DNA of 60,909 nucleotides, the filler included, from Sphacelaria rigidula (lineage: Eukaryota), in the NCBI GenBank assembly GCA_964200075.2. It is 9 parts of 9 records of this genome, joined end to end, with 100 filler letters (N's around TTAATTAATTAA, not from the genome) between each part and the next. Parts side by side here need not be neighbours in the genome. Positions count along the whole stretch, not along the records: positions 1 to 6,680 come from CAXNAA020018669.1; positions 6,781 to 13,459 come from CAXNAA020018670.1; 7 more parts are not named here. One strand, given 5' to 3'. Below the pieces are notes generated by a model. That model was given only the letters and a program-made list of their open reading frames with translations, was not told where the DNA came from and searched no databases. The position numbers and the translations under genes were made by a program. How positions within the stretch are numbered: position 1 is the stretch's first letter; every line of letters begins with the position of its first letter. This document shows positions 1-12,386 of this stretch, piece after piece.

Positions 1-125
1 AGAACGAACCCAAACGTGGGAATTCCCAGCTACTCGTTGTGCTCGGCCTTTCCCATTTCGATTTACGTGAAACTTTTGCCGCCCAAAACCATGTACTTTT
101 GGAGGGGGGGCATCGTAGAAAGTGT
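1..125 (+). mobile_element. Right end of ~255-bp MITE monomer (same family as 13626-14111 and 51250-51467), truncated by contig start
   Basis: Aligns by eye to 13982-14111 (agaacgaa.ccaa.cgtgggaat.cc.agct.ctcgttgtg.tcggc.tt.cccatttcgatttacgtgaa...gggggg...tcg.agaaa.tgtc). Confidence 0.75.
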
Positions 126-129
126 CTAA

Positions 130-2850
130 TAATGCCCGCATTTGTTTCGACGCGTGATCTCACCGGTTTTTCGAGGTCCCCGGCCGGCCGCCAGAAATGG
201 TCGAGGACGCCAGGAAACGATCACAGCAAGTGAAGATGAAAATACTAGCACGTTGCTCCACCACGAGTGAACAGAGCGGCAGTATCACAACACTATGCAC
301 TTCCGAGAGCTCACCCGGCGCGGTTACGTTCATACCCCGTGTATAAGGTACTTCCTTACCCCGTATATATGGTAACCGCACCGGGTGAGATCTCAGTAGT
401 GAACGGTCAAGTACGGTAAATAATACCTGCGTTTGTTGCGTTATGCGATCTCATTGGTTCCCCGGGATTCCTGTTCAGCCCAACAAGTGGTTGAGGATGC
501 CAGGAAACGGGCACAGCAAGCGAAAATGACTAAACTTGAATATTGCTCACCACGAGTGGACAGTGCTTCAGTATCACAGCACTGTGCACTACCGAGAGCT
601 CACCCGGCGCGGCTACCTTGTATACGGAGTATCGACGCGTTCCTGCGATCCGTTTCCACACTCTCTCACTCACCTTGGGCAAATGAATCAACTGGCCAGG
701 GTGAGAGAGAGAATGCGGAAACGGATGGCGGGAACGTGTCCATGCCCCGTACATAAGGTAACCGCGCCGGTTGACATCTCACTAATGAACGGTGGAGTAC
801 GGTTAATAATGTCTGTATTTATTCCCGTCACGTGATTTCAACGGTTGTTCAAGGTCCGCGGCCGGCCACCAGAAATGGTCGAGGACGCCAGGAAACGATC
901 AAAACACGTGAAGACGAAAATACTCGATTATTGATCACCACGAGTGAACAGTGCTGCAGTATTGCCGTACTTTGCACTACCGAGAGCTCACCCGGCGCGG
1001 GGTCACCTTGTATACGGGGTACGAACGCATGCTTGCGATCCGTGTACGCACTCTCTCACTCACCTAGGGCAGCTGACTTTATTGGCTACGGGTCGGAGGA
1101 ACGTGCCCATGCCCCCTAAATGCGGTAAACAACCCTTTGAGATCTCAGTAGTGAACTGCGGAGCACGATTAACAGCGTCTGCATTTTTATCCAAGATCCC
1201 CGGCCGGCCACCAGAAATGGTCGAGGATGCGAGGGAACGGTCAAAACAAGTGATGATGAGTATACTTGAACATTGCTCACCACGAGTGAACCGCGCGGCG
1301 GTAGCACAGCACTGTGCACTACCGAGAGCTCACGCGGCAGCGACTACCTTGTACACGAGGGAGCATGGACGCGTGCCTGCGATCCGTTTCCGCCCTTTCT
1401 GACCCGCCTTGCCCAATTAACCCGGTTGGCCAGGGTGAGGGAGAAAGTGCAGAAACGGAGCGCAGGAACGCGTCCATCCCGCGTATACGCCGCAGCTGCT
1501 GTGACGTGAGATCTCAGTGGCGAACGGTTAAGGGTGCTTAATCATGTGTGCATGTTTTCCCGTCACGCGATCACACCGGTTTTTCGAGGTCCCCGGCCGG
1601 CCACCAGAAAGACTTGAAGATGGCAAGAAATGATCAAAGCAAGTGAAGACGAATATTGTCGAACATTTCTTACCACAAGTAAACAGTGCTGCCGTATTAC
1701 AGTACTGTGCACTACCCAGAGCTTACCCGGCGCGGTTACCTTTTATATGGAGCATGAACGTGTTAGTACGATCCGTTTATGCACTCTCTCCCTCACCCTG
1801 GCCAGTTGAGTCAATCGGCCAAGGTGAGTGAGGAAGCGCGGAAACGGATGGCAGGAACGCATACATGCCCCGCATACGAGGCAACCGCGCCGGGTGAGAG
1901 CTAGCAGGGAGCGCTTGCATATTTATCCGTCACGCGATCTCACCGGTTTTTCGACGTGCCCGGCCGGCCACCAGAAATGGTCGAGGATGCGAGGGAACGG
2001 TCGAAATAAGTGGGGATGACTACACTTACGTGCCTGCGATCCGTTTCCACACTCCCCCCCTCACCCTGGCCAATTAAATTAATTGGCTAAGGTGAGTGAG
2101 AAAGCGCGGAAACGGATCACAGGAACGCGTCCATGCCGCGTATACACGGCAGGGACTGCGGCCTGAGTTCTGTGGTGAACGGTGGAGTTTGGTTGAAGAT
2201 GTCTGCGTTCTTGTCCGTCAAGCGATCTCACCGCTTTTTTGACGTCGCCGGCCGGCAACCAAAAATAGTGGAGGATGCCATGCCAGGATTCGGTCAAAAC
2301 AAGTGAAGATGAAAATACTCAAACATTGCTGCACCACGAGTGGACAGTGCCGCAGTATCACAGCCCTGTTCACGACCGAGAGCTCACCCCGCGCGGTTTC
2401 CTTGTTTATGGGGCATGGGCGCGTTTCTGCTATCCGTTTCCCCACTCCCTTGCTCACCTTGGGCAATTGACTCATTTGACCAAGGCGAGTGAGAGATTGC
2501 GGAAACGGATGGCAGGAGCGCGTGCATGCCCCGTACGCACAACCGCGCCGGTTGAGATCTCAGTAGTGAACGGTGGAGTACGGTTGATTATGCCTGTATT
2601 TGATCCGTCATTTGATTTTACCGGTTTTTCGAGGTCCCCGGCCGCCCGCCAGAAATGGTCGAGGATACCAACAAACGATCAAAGCACGTGAAGATGAATA
2701 TCCTCAAAGATTGCTCACCACGAGTGGATAATGCGGTAGTATCATAGCACTATGCATTACTGAGAGCTCACGCGGCCGCGGCCACCTTGTATACGGAACA
2801 TGGAGGCGTGCCTACGGTCCGTTTCCGTACTCTCTTCTCACTCACCTTGA
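130..2850. repeat. Diverged tandem array of ~8 units (~290-390 bp); complete units carry a ~200-nt inverted repeat
   Basis: Anchor ccagaaatggtcgagga-like recurs at ~191, 481, 868, 1211, 1603, 1971, 2260, 2650. Internal arms, e.g. 588-680 vs 692-787, are reverse complements. Confidence 0.9.
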
Positions 2851-3503
2851 ACCCGGCTGTACATGGATGGACGCCTACATCTTACCCGCAAGGCACCCAA
2901 TGATCGCATCGACTTGCAGGCTTTCTGCGCATCCCTCGTACTGATTCAGGTTTCTCCGAGAAGAGTGTATGGTCTCACAAGTAGTATACTTTGTGTTTTG
3001 GCGGTGCTATAGGTCATCCTGTACAGGGCGAAGCACTCTACTACCTGATCATGAGTGTCGGTGACAGGGAAGACTTGAGCCCTGCGAATTACTGCCGCTG
3101 TTGGATGTTTGCAAGACTATGTCAGATCGCCCGCGTTTCTTCGATTTGTTCTACGGTTAGAGTCAGACTCGACCTCATGAACTTTTGAGGCGTAGCATTG
3201 GCAAGGTATGGCTGATGCACGGCGTACCAGAGACGTTTTGATCGTAACTCGCACGAAATAGCGCTAGATACGCACACGGGAGGACTGTTCCCAGTTGTCG
3301 TGAACTTATTTTAAATTCGTTTTTCTTTTTGGTTTGTTAACATTTTGGTGGCGAGCATCTGCGGGGGGCCAAGCAGGTGAAGGAGCATTTTTGGTGGGAG
3401 GCACGTGCAGGCGATAATTCGTGATACACGAGCATATTTTTCTCATAGGTTTGAGCTAACATGACCCGGAAACGATCTGTGTTTGTTTTTCACGTGCATG
3501 CAG

Positions 3504-3677
3504 GTGAAAGGAGCACAAATTTCCGCGGTTGACCGCCTGGGTATGTACGTTGTGGTGACCATGCCGGACGAACAATCGGGAAAACTACGTCTCCCCTTCC
3601 CACGGGCAGCAGAAAGTCGCAAAGATGTCAAGACACTCATCGTTGAGATGACGAACGCCGCAATGTCTTCTGCATGA
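3504..3677 (+). CDS. Terminal exon of HugZ/HOZ-like (pyridoxamine 5'-phosphate oxidase family, DUF2470) protein
   Basis: Acceptor ttttcacgtgcatgcag|GTG. Encodes VKGAQISAVDRLGMYVVVTMPDEQSGKLRLPFPRAAESRKDVKTLIVEMTNAAMSSA*. The D-x-LG and KLRxPFPR..RKDVKTLIVEM motifs match my recollection of the DUF2470 C-terminus of plant/algal HugZ homologues. Confidence 0.8.
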   Translation: MKGAQISAVDRLGMYVVVTMPDEQSGKLRLPFPRAAESRKDVKTLIVEMTNAAMSSA

Positions 3678-4751
3678 ACGAGGCGTTTCCGGCGATCATG
3701 AGCCTGGCCCAGCTTACATTCGGGTGTTTCGGTCCACCCGGATCAAAATGCAAGCCGCATTGCGGACGTTGTGGATATGGTGCGCCTGAAGCATGACTCG
3801 CGTACTAGTTGTAGCCGGGGGACGCTTCTCTGAATTCGACGCGGTGTTGTATTTACAGCACGTAGTTTTGTGGCGGTTTTTGTTCACTAACTGAATAGCA
3901 GCGCGTGAATGTAGTCGAGTCGGATGATTGGATTTACCGTTTGCATCAAAGTCTACCGTAGTAGAAATAAATGCCGTTTGATCGTTCTGGATGAACACGT
4001 CGGCCGCATCTCACGGGGAAAATGCGCCTCATTTTTGGAGGTAATCATGGATAGGTACACGCTGATGTACACACGGGAACGCGAAAGACGGTGCCATCAG
4101 ACACTTATTTCTGATTCAGCGTTCGATCGCCGCATGTACGAAGTGCAGCAGTAGCAAGGCCGGCGAGGGCATGGGCACGCCGGATACCCGCGTCTTACCC
4201 CCTCCTCCACGCGTGCCCCTCTGAGGGCTTACAACGGCGGCGGTGATCGTGACTCGTAGCCTAGACATCCCCGATGCCTGCCGATGGACTATCATTTGGG
4301 AGGTTGTGGAAGAGGTGCTGGGGGGCGGGGGTGTAGACAAGCCCGCACAGGGGTTGCAACCCTGGTACATCCTTTTTCTGAAGGTACTTTGATCACTCGG
4401 GTGTGACAGTTAGAACAAGACTCGTTTAGGCCCCGTCTTTGATGAAGTGGTCCCTTTGGCGTCGAAGTTTGTATCGGATAAACGTTCCCGTGAACGGCAT
4501 TTCGCGTCGACGTTTCTATGGGTGGCGGATATTTGTCTTCAAACACGTGGCTTCACGTACAGAAACACCAGTATGTTTTTTTCTCAGCGCCAACAACCAC
4601 ATCAGTGAGGGTGCGGGCATCGACTACACGCCTGTGAGTACATCCAGCCTCAAAATGAAGTTAGGCTTTCACAGCCATGTCTCACTGACGCGGACAATTG
4701 GGTCGTGATCCAAGCCCCTTTGTCATCGTCTAACTACGGGGGGGATGGGGG

Positions 4752-4850
4752 GCGTGCTCATGTGTGGCTTGCCTGAGTCGTTTGACCGTTGAATACGCAT
4801 CCCTTTCGAGACGCAGCTCCGTTCCTACTCCTAGTAGAGACATCTCCACA
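4752..4850 (+). mobile_element. Short dispersed repeat family A (G-run-CGTACTCAT...GACCATTGA..ACGCATCCCTTTCGAGACG)
   Basis: Homologous copies at 12430-12500, 13289-13358, 54305-54366(-), 54880-54982(-), 59762-59832(-). Confidence 0.75.
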
Positions 4851-5132
4851 TTCGGGCGCTCATTACGTTTCTTCCGTTCCAATTTTCAAATTGGTTGTTG
4901 TCTCAGGCTATTCCAGATTTGCCATCGGATTTCTGTGACGCATTGGATTTCAGCGACGCATTGACACCCACCACTCACGCTCATTGTTCAAGCGCTAGCT
5001 CATCATCCACACAAGACAGCCTTTCTTTGACGGAAACCCGTCCAGTATTGGATGAAATGCGGTCCCGTGCGTAGGGTGCGTGGGCATTGTAGCACGATTG
5101 AAACGCGGACCGTTTCTCCCATGAGGAAAAAC

Positions 5133-5136
<4 letters not shown>

Positions 5137-5164
<28 letters not shown>
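5137..5164 (+). repeat. (CAG)n microsatellite
   Basis: About 9 consecutive CAG units. Confidence 0.9.
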
Positions 5165-6680
5165 TATGGGCACCGGCAGATTAAGGCCCACCGTCAGCCG
5201 CGTACATCTACTGGCAGTAAAGATGCTGCTGATACTGCTGCTGTTGCTGCTTTTCCTTCTCGTGCGGAACGTGGTCCGCATTTCGATCTACGACAATACC
5301 CATATCCCCTTGCACGTGGTTGCCGCCCTCCTTGACGTCACTGGTCTGTTTGCGCGCTGTTTTACCGTTTCTGTATCACTTGTGTCCCACCCTAGCGCTG
5401 TTTTACCGTTTCTGTATTAGAATGGCACGTGATTTCTCGTGATAATTAAGTTGTGAACCGTCACTTCATTATCACAATCACGAAATGATTATCATTTCCT
5501 TTGTTTCGTTGAAACATGGCCTTTTCAGGTCCGCATCGTAGTTCGAAACACGTCAGGATCGACGTTTTTCAAAACTAAACAAGGTTAAGTTTACAAGTAT
5601 ACCCTGCCCGCTGAGCATGTTCTCTATGTGTGTAGCTGTGTATGTCAACTGTGTGCATGCTGTTCACGTGCCTGCTGAGCATCGCACGTACTCGTCTATG
5701 CGCGGGCGGGTTTGTACAAGTGGCGCTCTCAAATTCAAAAACTTGGCTCTCGAGTTGCTCGTATAGGATCGTCGCAGATTAAAAGAACGTGGGCTCCCGA
5801 GCTGGGATCTACTTGAACCGCGGTGAAACACGTCTACCTTATCCGTCGGGCGTTCAATTTGCCGCGCAAGCTTGCAACGTTACCTTCTAGTGTCGTAGTC
5901 CCGTACTTGTCCTGCTAAGTTTTATTCCGCAGTTTTGTGGAACAGCCGCTCGCTAGACAGGGGCATATGTGATACAGACAGAATAGTGTTGGCCATAGGT
6001 GTTGTTGACATTGTGTATCTCTACTGTAGACGTCGAGTACTAGAGCGAACAACAATAGCATTTCGGTTATGCAAGTTACGATGACTCGCTCGCTCATGCA
6101 AATACGACTTACTTTTACTGTATAATTACACATTTCACTATTCCATTTGACACACAGTTCGTTTTTACTATTTTGTCGACCTTCAAACATCTACTCACTG
6201 CTTGAATCAAACATCGTTACAGTCTCACCGTTATTCCTGAACAATCGTAAGCTCACAGCATGTGGGAAAATTCAACGCAGAACGATACAAGCCGAGCGTC
6301 TGGATATTTGTCGTGGCTCGATACTCACCACCTAGGTGGGAAGGTGCCAGTTCAGTGGGCACCGGGGGCTAGCGGGCCCAAACGCAATCATGAGTATCGA
6401 AGCCATCGAGCTCGACTTTACCGAGTGCAGAGCCAGTCATGTTCGCAGCGTCGGGCTGCAGACCTGTCGTGGTCTGATCACGAGGTGATACTGGCATCAC
6501 TCTCAAAGCACACGCCCGGCCCGGGGTGGCACGAGGTCAGCGGCTGGCCACATTGAACAATCACAGTCGAGAGGAATGACCCTTGAGCTCGTGAGTAACA
6601 GACCATCGAGTCCGATAAGCACTGCATCGCAAGGCCAAGCAGGGACTCACTTTTACGTGCAGAAGAGGTGCTCTTGACTT

Positions 6681-6780
6681 NNNNNNNNNNNNNNNNNNNN
6701 NNNNNNNNNNNNNNNNNNNNNNNNTTAATTAATTAANNNNNNNNNNNNNNNNNNNNNNNNNNNNNNNNNNNNNNNNNNNN
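6681..6780. other. Artificial contig linker (N44-TTAATTAATTAA-N44)
   Basis: Identical 100-bp spacer with stops in all frames; repeated at 13460, 20239, 27018, 33797, 40576, 47354, 54132; contig lengths descend 6680 to 6678. Confidence 0.98.
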
Positions 6781-8943
6781 GGGGTGGGTGTTGGTGGTGT
6801 GGGTTGGTTGTGGGGGGGGGGGGTGGGGGGAGGGCTCGAAATGTGCCATGTATCATTGACAACCGGGACTTTAACCATAAGTGAATATATCGAAATGTAC
6901 CATGCATCAATTGACAGCCGGGGCTTTGAACAGCCCCTGTTTCCGTTGCTCGCACCTGTGGCACGTAATGAGCCACGTACTGAAGTCTACATGTTTTTTC
7001 CTGGTCTTCCAAAAGTCCCGTCCACAACTATTTCGAATACATTTATGTACACGCACTGCTACGTACAGGTACACCATATGTCAAAATCTGCGGCTAACCA
7101 TTATGAACAAAATTCTGCCCTGCATTCAACTCAGCATCTTTTGTGGCGCACGACCTTTTCCTTTGTATGAACACCATCAAGTACGCCACTGAGAGTTGTC
7201 GGAGGACACGCGTAGCGATCTCCCGATCGCAAGGATACGTTCACTTTGCGATATCTTGCCGCCGTTCTTGACATATGTTCAAAGAAGGGGAATTTCAGTT
7301 TCGGGCCCGACCCAGCTCGTACTCAGATATTCAGATAGATGGGCTCTGCGCGAGCAGGCAATCGAGCTGCTCCAGAGGGAAACGAGTCAACACAGCCACC
7401 CCAGGAGCGCTTGCAAAACCTACGTGACACACAATCCAGCAGCACCGCCACATGCACCGGAGAGAGCCCGCGGTGTACCCGACTGAACAATAACATGTAG
7501 CTTGAGCCGCAGCTGTTGATCAGTTGAATACGATGTGCTTCACATTTTTTCTTCACATAATATGTTCGCAATTGAACAAGGAGTGATGCTACGATGGGGG
7601 CGGGGGTATTGTGGGCCGTATCTTTCACGAAAATCCAAATCGTTGTTGAAAGCAGCAGATGCACTTCCATATCCCGGATGTACTTCCAAGCTCAGATGGA
7701 TTTCCGTATCCCAAATGAATATTTATTCAGTTGGGATGTGATATCTCATATGGAGGTTGGACGAGAATGCAAGATCGTACAAGGTCGACCTTGCTTCCGC
7801 TTCCGATGGTGAACACCAGACGCGAATGATGGGGAAGTACCGCTTCGAATCTCGAGCTTAGTGTGTTCGAACGCGCTTGTCTCCGAAGAAAACACAATCA
7901 TCCATACCACTTGACACCCCTTTCACGTAAATACAAAACGCACCGCGAATTGTTAGGTCGTCTAGCACACCTGCGAGCCCCTGTTTTTCGTGGAATCACC
8001 CGTGGTCACAGACGTACGCCCGACACTCCCAGTACCGTCACCACTATTCCCTGATTGAGATAAAAATGTTTTTTTGAGCGGCGTCTTCCTTCTGAGATCC
8101 CAAAACAACCGAACAAAAAACAACATTTGTCGAAATCTCCGCCGTTGAACAGCATGAATACGACCAATTGAGTCTACCCTTGCTCGAGGCGGGACTGGAA
8201 AAAGGGAAATGTATATATACATATGTATATATTCTGTATCTCAGGTATTTGTATATGCTTGAAGAAGAACATTTACGAAGTTGTTTCCTTTCAGGGTATA
8301 CGGGTTGAAGTTCGCGTATTTACAGAGGCGTAAAAGAGGTATGTCATCGGTGAACGAACGCCCTTCCGGACCATATACCGAATTGTTGGAAAGAGGGTTC
8401 GATAACCTGCCGAACCAAACCGGCATGTTCGGTACACATTTCGGTATCGTTCAGTAATGGCATATCAACCATGTCAATCAAACCCTGCTGGATAATTGAC
8501 AAATAAATTACATCATCAAAAAGTGTACCACCCTTTCGGAACTGTTGATGGGAAAAAAATGACGATATACATTCGACGTTTTTCTTGGGCAAGATAAAAT
8601 GGTTGTTTTTTTTGTGACTGTTCATGATGCAAGCCCGCCAAAACGGTGCACCAGTCTAAGTTCAACCATACTAATGTGACGGAATCGTGCACCAAACTCG
8701 AAGTGATGCTTCCGCGGTGACGAAAGTTCGCATGTGGAAGCTTGTGCTGTGTTTCGCGAGTTCCGAAAGGGTGCATATGTGGCATTTTTTGTGCAGGCAG
8801 GGGTTGGTGTAGGGTGCTCCGCAGTCTGGGATTGGAAGCTGCTCGCCATTCGCTGTGTAACGTGAAACTTCGAAAATCATAAACGGAAGCTGCTTTGACC
8901 AGGATCTTAACTGTGATGTGACGGAGGTGTTAAAATCACGCAG

Positions 8944-9084
8944 TTACTCTGAATCTGTGCGGGTGAGTCCGTACCAGGGAGAGAACCGGTCCTGGGAACG
9001 ATCGTGAGAATAGCAGTGCGAGCCGTTGCTATTTGGCGTCAGCGGGTAGACCTTCCACGCTTCCAGCAGCTCATTCGCGGTCAC
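8944..9084 (-). CDS. CaMKK/GRIK-like Ser/Thr kinase, probable last exon
   Basis: Acceptor ttttgtcccgttgaag|GTG. VTANELLEAWK continues EEVQ in phase 0, resembling the post-kinase 'EVTEEE' segment of CaMKK-type kinases. TAA at 8946-8944. Confidence 0.6.
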   Translation of the reverse strand: MTANELLEAWKVYPLTPNSNGSHCYSHDRSQDRFSPWYGLTRTDSE

Positions 9085-9816
9085 CTTCAACGGGACAAAA
9101 ACAACCACATAATTGAAAAACGAAGAAAAAAGAAACGAGGACAATAATTAGCGTCGAACGCGATACAGTATGATGTCTTGGTACTATAATGCTTTCATTC
9201 CGGAGCGTCTTTTGACAGTCCGGGGTGCAGTAAATTTCTTGGAGCTACGCACTACTATAAAACCACGCTCGAGGCACACAAACCGTATGCCGTGGCTGTA
9301 AATTGATGGAAAGGGACACCCTCGCTGTGCAAGAGTTGGGGAGAATGAAGAGAGGAAAAAAAAAAAAGAGGAAAAAACTGTAAAGGAAAAATGGAGGAAA
9401 CACAAAAAGTGTGTGTGTGTGTGTGTGGGGGGGGGGGGATGAAGGGATGGAGGGTAAGAAGGCCGTAAAAAACAAGCAAACCGCACATATAACCACAAAA
9501 ACTAGCGTCGAACGGAACAAACTGAGCATCGCCTGGTGGTTTGTAGTGCACCGTGCTGTACGGCAGTAACCCTCTTCGAAAATTGGACAACATCGAACAA
9601 AAACCGTGTCCATGTATACACCGCACACCCTTACTTCCTCGGATGGAAGCTCCCATGGCAACGGCACGCCAAACCAGCCCGCCGAAATGCGGGAGATGAA
9701 GGTCAAAACGAATAAAACGCACAATTATAGTATGGAACAACAACAACAACAACAACAACAACAAAATGATTTAACGTGGCGTTCGTGTACAGTATCACTC
9801 GGGCAACACGACGCGC

Positions 9817-9963
9817 CTGGACCTCTTCCCCGCTTGACGTGTCCGTCCCGCTCAGCCCTTCCGGCAAAACAGACCCTTCCACCGTGACCCACGGATGCTT
9901 GATTGCCTCTCCCAGCTCCATCCGCAGCACGGGGTCCTTCTCCAGGAGCCTCCGCAAGAGGTT
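9817..9963 (-). CDS. CaMKK/GRIK-like kinase exon (subdomain XI)
   Basis: cggacag|AAC. Encodes NLLRRLLEKDPVLRMELGEAIKHPWVT. Phase 0 with the upstream exon; probable GC donor CAG|GCGCGT. Confidence 0.85.
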
Positions 9964-10099
9964 CTGTCCGCGGGCATGGCCAAAGTTTGCGCCCGAACAT
10001 CAGCACACAGCAGTGCGGTTGTTGTGTACACGTTGATATCACACCAGACAACACGGGCACAGAAAAAGGAAATTTAGTGGCAGGTGGGTTGCAAGCATC

Positions 10100-10237
10100 G
10101 CACCCCGGATAATAGATTATATTGTAAAGAAACATACTGCGTACAGTATGGAATCCATTGTCTGTTGCAATAGGCACAATAGTCGGTACTGTACGCAGTA
10201 CACTTTTTGAGAGTGTGTTCTGTTGTCCAGGGTGTGG
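10100..10237. mobile_element. ~140-bp palindromic MITE (TIR CACACCCTGGA(C/T)AA), intronic
   Basis: cgcaccccggataat...ttgtccagggtgtg with inner arms actgcgtacagta/tactgtacgcagt. Relatives at 11660-11808, 44365-44519, 56019-56622. Confidence 0.7.
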
Positions 10238-10589
10238 CAAGCATACAGACGAACAAACAAAACTGAAAACAAACGCAGATGGCTCCTCACCATGTATTCT
10301 TGCCGGTGTTTTGTTTCAAATTTTAACCAAAACATTACTCTTTTCGCAAGGAGAATAAGTGCTTGCTCACCAGGCTCACGAAACGAAAACTTGGAAAAAC
10401 AACAGCAACAACAACCGCTGCAACTAATGCGGTGGAACCCCGCCCTCCTCGCCCGCTAAAAACCGCATTTCCCGTCTCCCTGTAGTCAGAAATCTTCACT
10501 ACTGGTCTCCACACACACACTATATCAATACTTTTAGACATACAGCTTTTTCAACCTGAAATAGGAGGTTTCTGTAGTTTTTTCGTGTG

Positions 10590-10815
10590 TGTGTGCTATC
10601 TGTTGTCGCCCCATCTATTCTGGACGCCGGTCTACACCTTTCGGTATATGTGAGCGCGCCAGCCGGGGTCACACGGGAGGAAGGCCAACACAGGAGTTTG
10701 TTCTCTACCGTTTGTTTTTGGTGCTCCACCTTCCTTCCGCGGTGCTTGCCTTCACTTTTATCGCGAGTGGGGTTCAGCAGTCCCTGTCCCTCGTCGACCA
10801 TCACGTCGAACGTTC
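10590..10815 (+). mobile_element. ~230-bp dispersed SINE-like repeat (family C)
   Basis: gtctacacctt...gccggggtcacacgggaggaagg...ccctcgtcgacc. Copies at 29548-29765(-) and 53550-53766(-), partial copies at 55433-55505 and 60625-60720. Confidence 0.75.
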
Positions 10816-11891
10816 GTTGTCGGGGATATTCGAAAGTGTTTCCGCGTGCCACCGCTCATCCTCGTGAACCTTTGTTCCCAAAAGTTTGGGATCAGAGATA
10901 CTGGGTATCCCCCCCACATTCCGAATGATATTGCATCTGCACTCATTATTGAACGACTCACGGGCTGACCGGATTTCGGGTGTCTTGAGACTACCCAGCA
11001 CCAGTTTCTGACCCTTGAGTACTCTAGCTCGAATGAAGCAATCCCAACCGTGTTCGTGAACGAATGAAAAGGAATGTTTTTTTTTTTAAATGACGTATTT
11101 ATGGCGCTATAGCCGAAAAACTGTGTTCTTTGGAACATTGACGGTCAATAACACCCCCTGATGAACGAGTTACTTACCCCGTATCACCCCGACAACACCG
11201 ATTGAGGATTTTGTTGTGGGCACGGCCTGCTTCTCTTCCCAACATCTATCGACGCTAGGAGAAATTCAGAAACGTACCCACTAACGAAAATGGTCCAGCC
11301 GAGCTCTGCATAGCACAGGCGGGTGTGAACCAATTCCGATCTCTCTCATGAATGTTTTTACCGATCCATATTTTTTATTTTCACCTATTCGTTGCGTTAG
11401 AGCCGAAAAGAAAAGTGTGCTAGACAAAAAGACGGTCAATAACACCCCCTGTTAACTCAGCTTGTGAGTCTTTCAATATTGAGCGCAGAGACGATTCATG
11501 TTTCGGAATGTGGAGCGGATGCCTGGTATCTCCGGACTCCCAAACGTTGGGATCAACCGTTCGCTGGGATGAGCGGTGGCAAACGAAAGAAGCACTGAGA
11601 ATCGCCGACCACGAAAAACCTGCAAAAATCTTCTATTTTTGATGAAAACTACCACATCCCACCTTGGACAACGACAAATATATTATTTACATTGGCAAAA
11701 AGTGTACTGCGTGCAGTATCGAATATGTTGTCTACTGCAGTCGACGTAATCTTCGATACTACTCTACGCAGTACACAGTTTGTCAATGCTATCTTTTGTC
11801 CAGGCTGCTGTACATATGCACATCAATACATGTGTATGCAAACATAGTGCGGGTTCGTCCCCGCTCCATGTCACTCCACTCCCGAGCATGC

Positions 11892-11960
11892 GACCACGGC
11901 TGGACCCCTGGGAGGGTCAGTCAAAGTGCGACAATCAAACAATCAATCAACCAATCAATC
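11892..11960 (+). mobile_element. 3' end of a LINE or LINE-dependent element with (CAAT)n tail
   Basis: gaccacggctgga.ccctggg...tcagt.aaagtgcga.aatcaatcaatc. Also at 18931-18984, 27290-27360(-), 57188-57256, 58856-58914. Short tandem tails are typical of RTE-clade LINEs. Confidence 0.65.
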
Positions 11961-11977
11961 CCGACCACAAAACTCAC

Positions 11978-12386
11978 CCTCAGATAACCAGACATGGGAT
12001 CGTGAGCTTCAATCACGGGCAACGACCCGGTGGTTGCAGCCCGATTTCCTCTTGCATAGTCGTCCGTGTCGCTGTCTTCATTTTCCCTAGCCCCTTCGCC
12101 CACAAAACCCAAAGACCTGTTGCGGCCCAAGGCGATCGCGCTCGTAGTTCCGCCGCCGACGCCATCGCCGACCCTGCCTGCTCCAGCACTGCCACTTTCT
12201 TTCCCCGCCCCCGCGAGGGCCACAGCAGCGGTGGAAACTGTGTCGAATATGTCTGGAAATGTCAGCTCCTGGTGCTTGATGATGATCTCGAGCTCGTGGT
12301 GGTTGCCGGAGTGGGGCCAGAAGGGCAGCGTGCCGTACACCATTTGAAAAAGAGTCACCCCCATCGCCCACACGTCCATGGCCGGG
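11978..12386 (-). CDS. CaMKK/GRIK-like kinase exon (subdomains IX-X plus insert)
   Basis: ccactccag|C CCG GCC ATG. Encodes PAMDVWAMGVTLFQMVYGTLPF (subdomain IX). Donor AGG|GTGAGT. Upstream exons were not found on this contig. Confidence 0.9.

Noticed and set aside
130..2850. CRISPR-like array or repeat-protein CDS
   Set aside because: Units are homologous along their whole length (no unique spacers), there are no cas genes, and frames are not conserved between units
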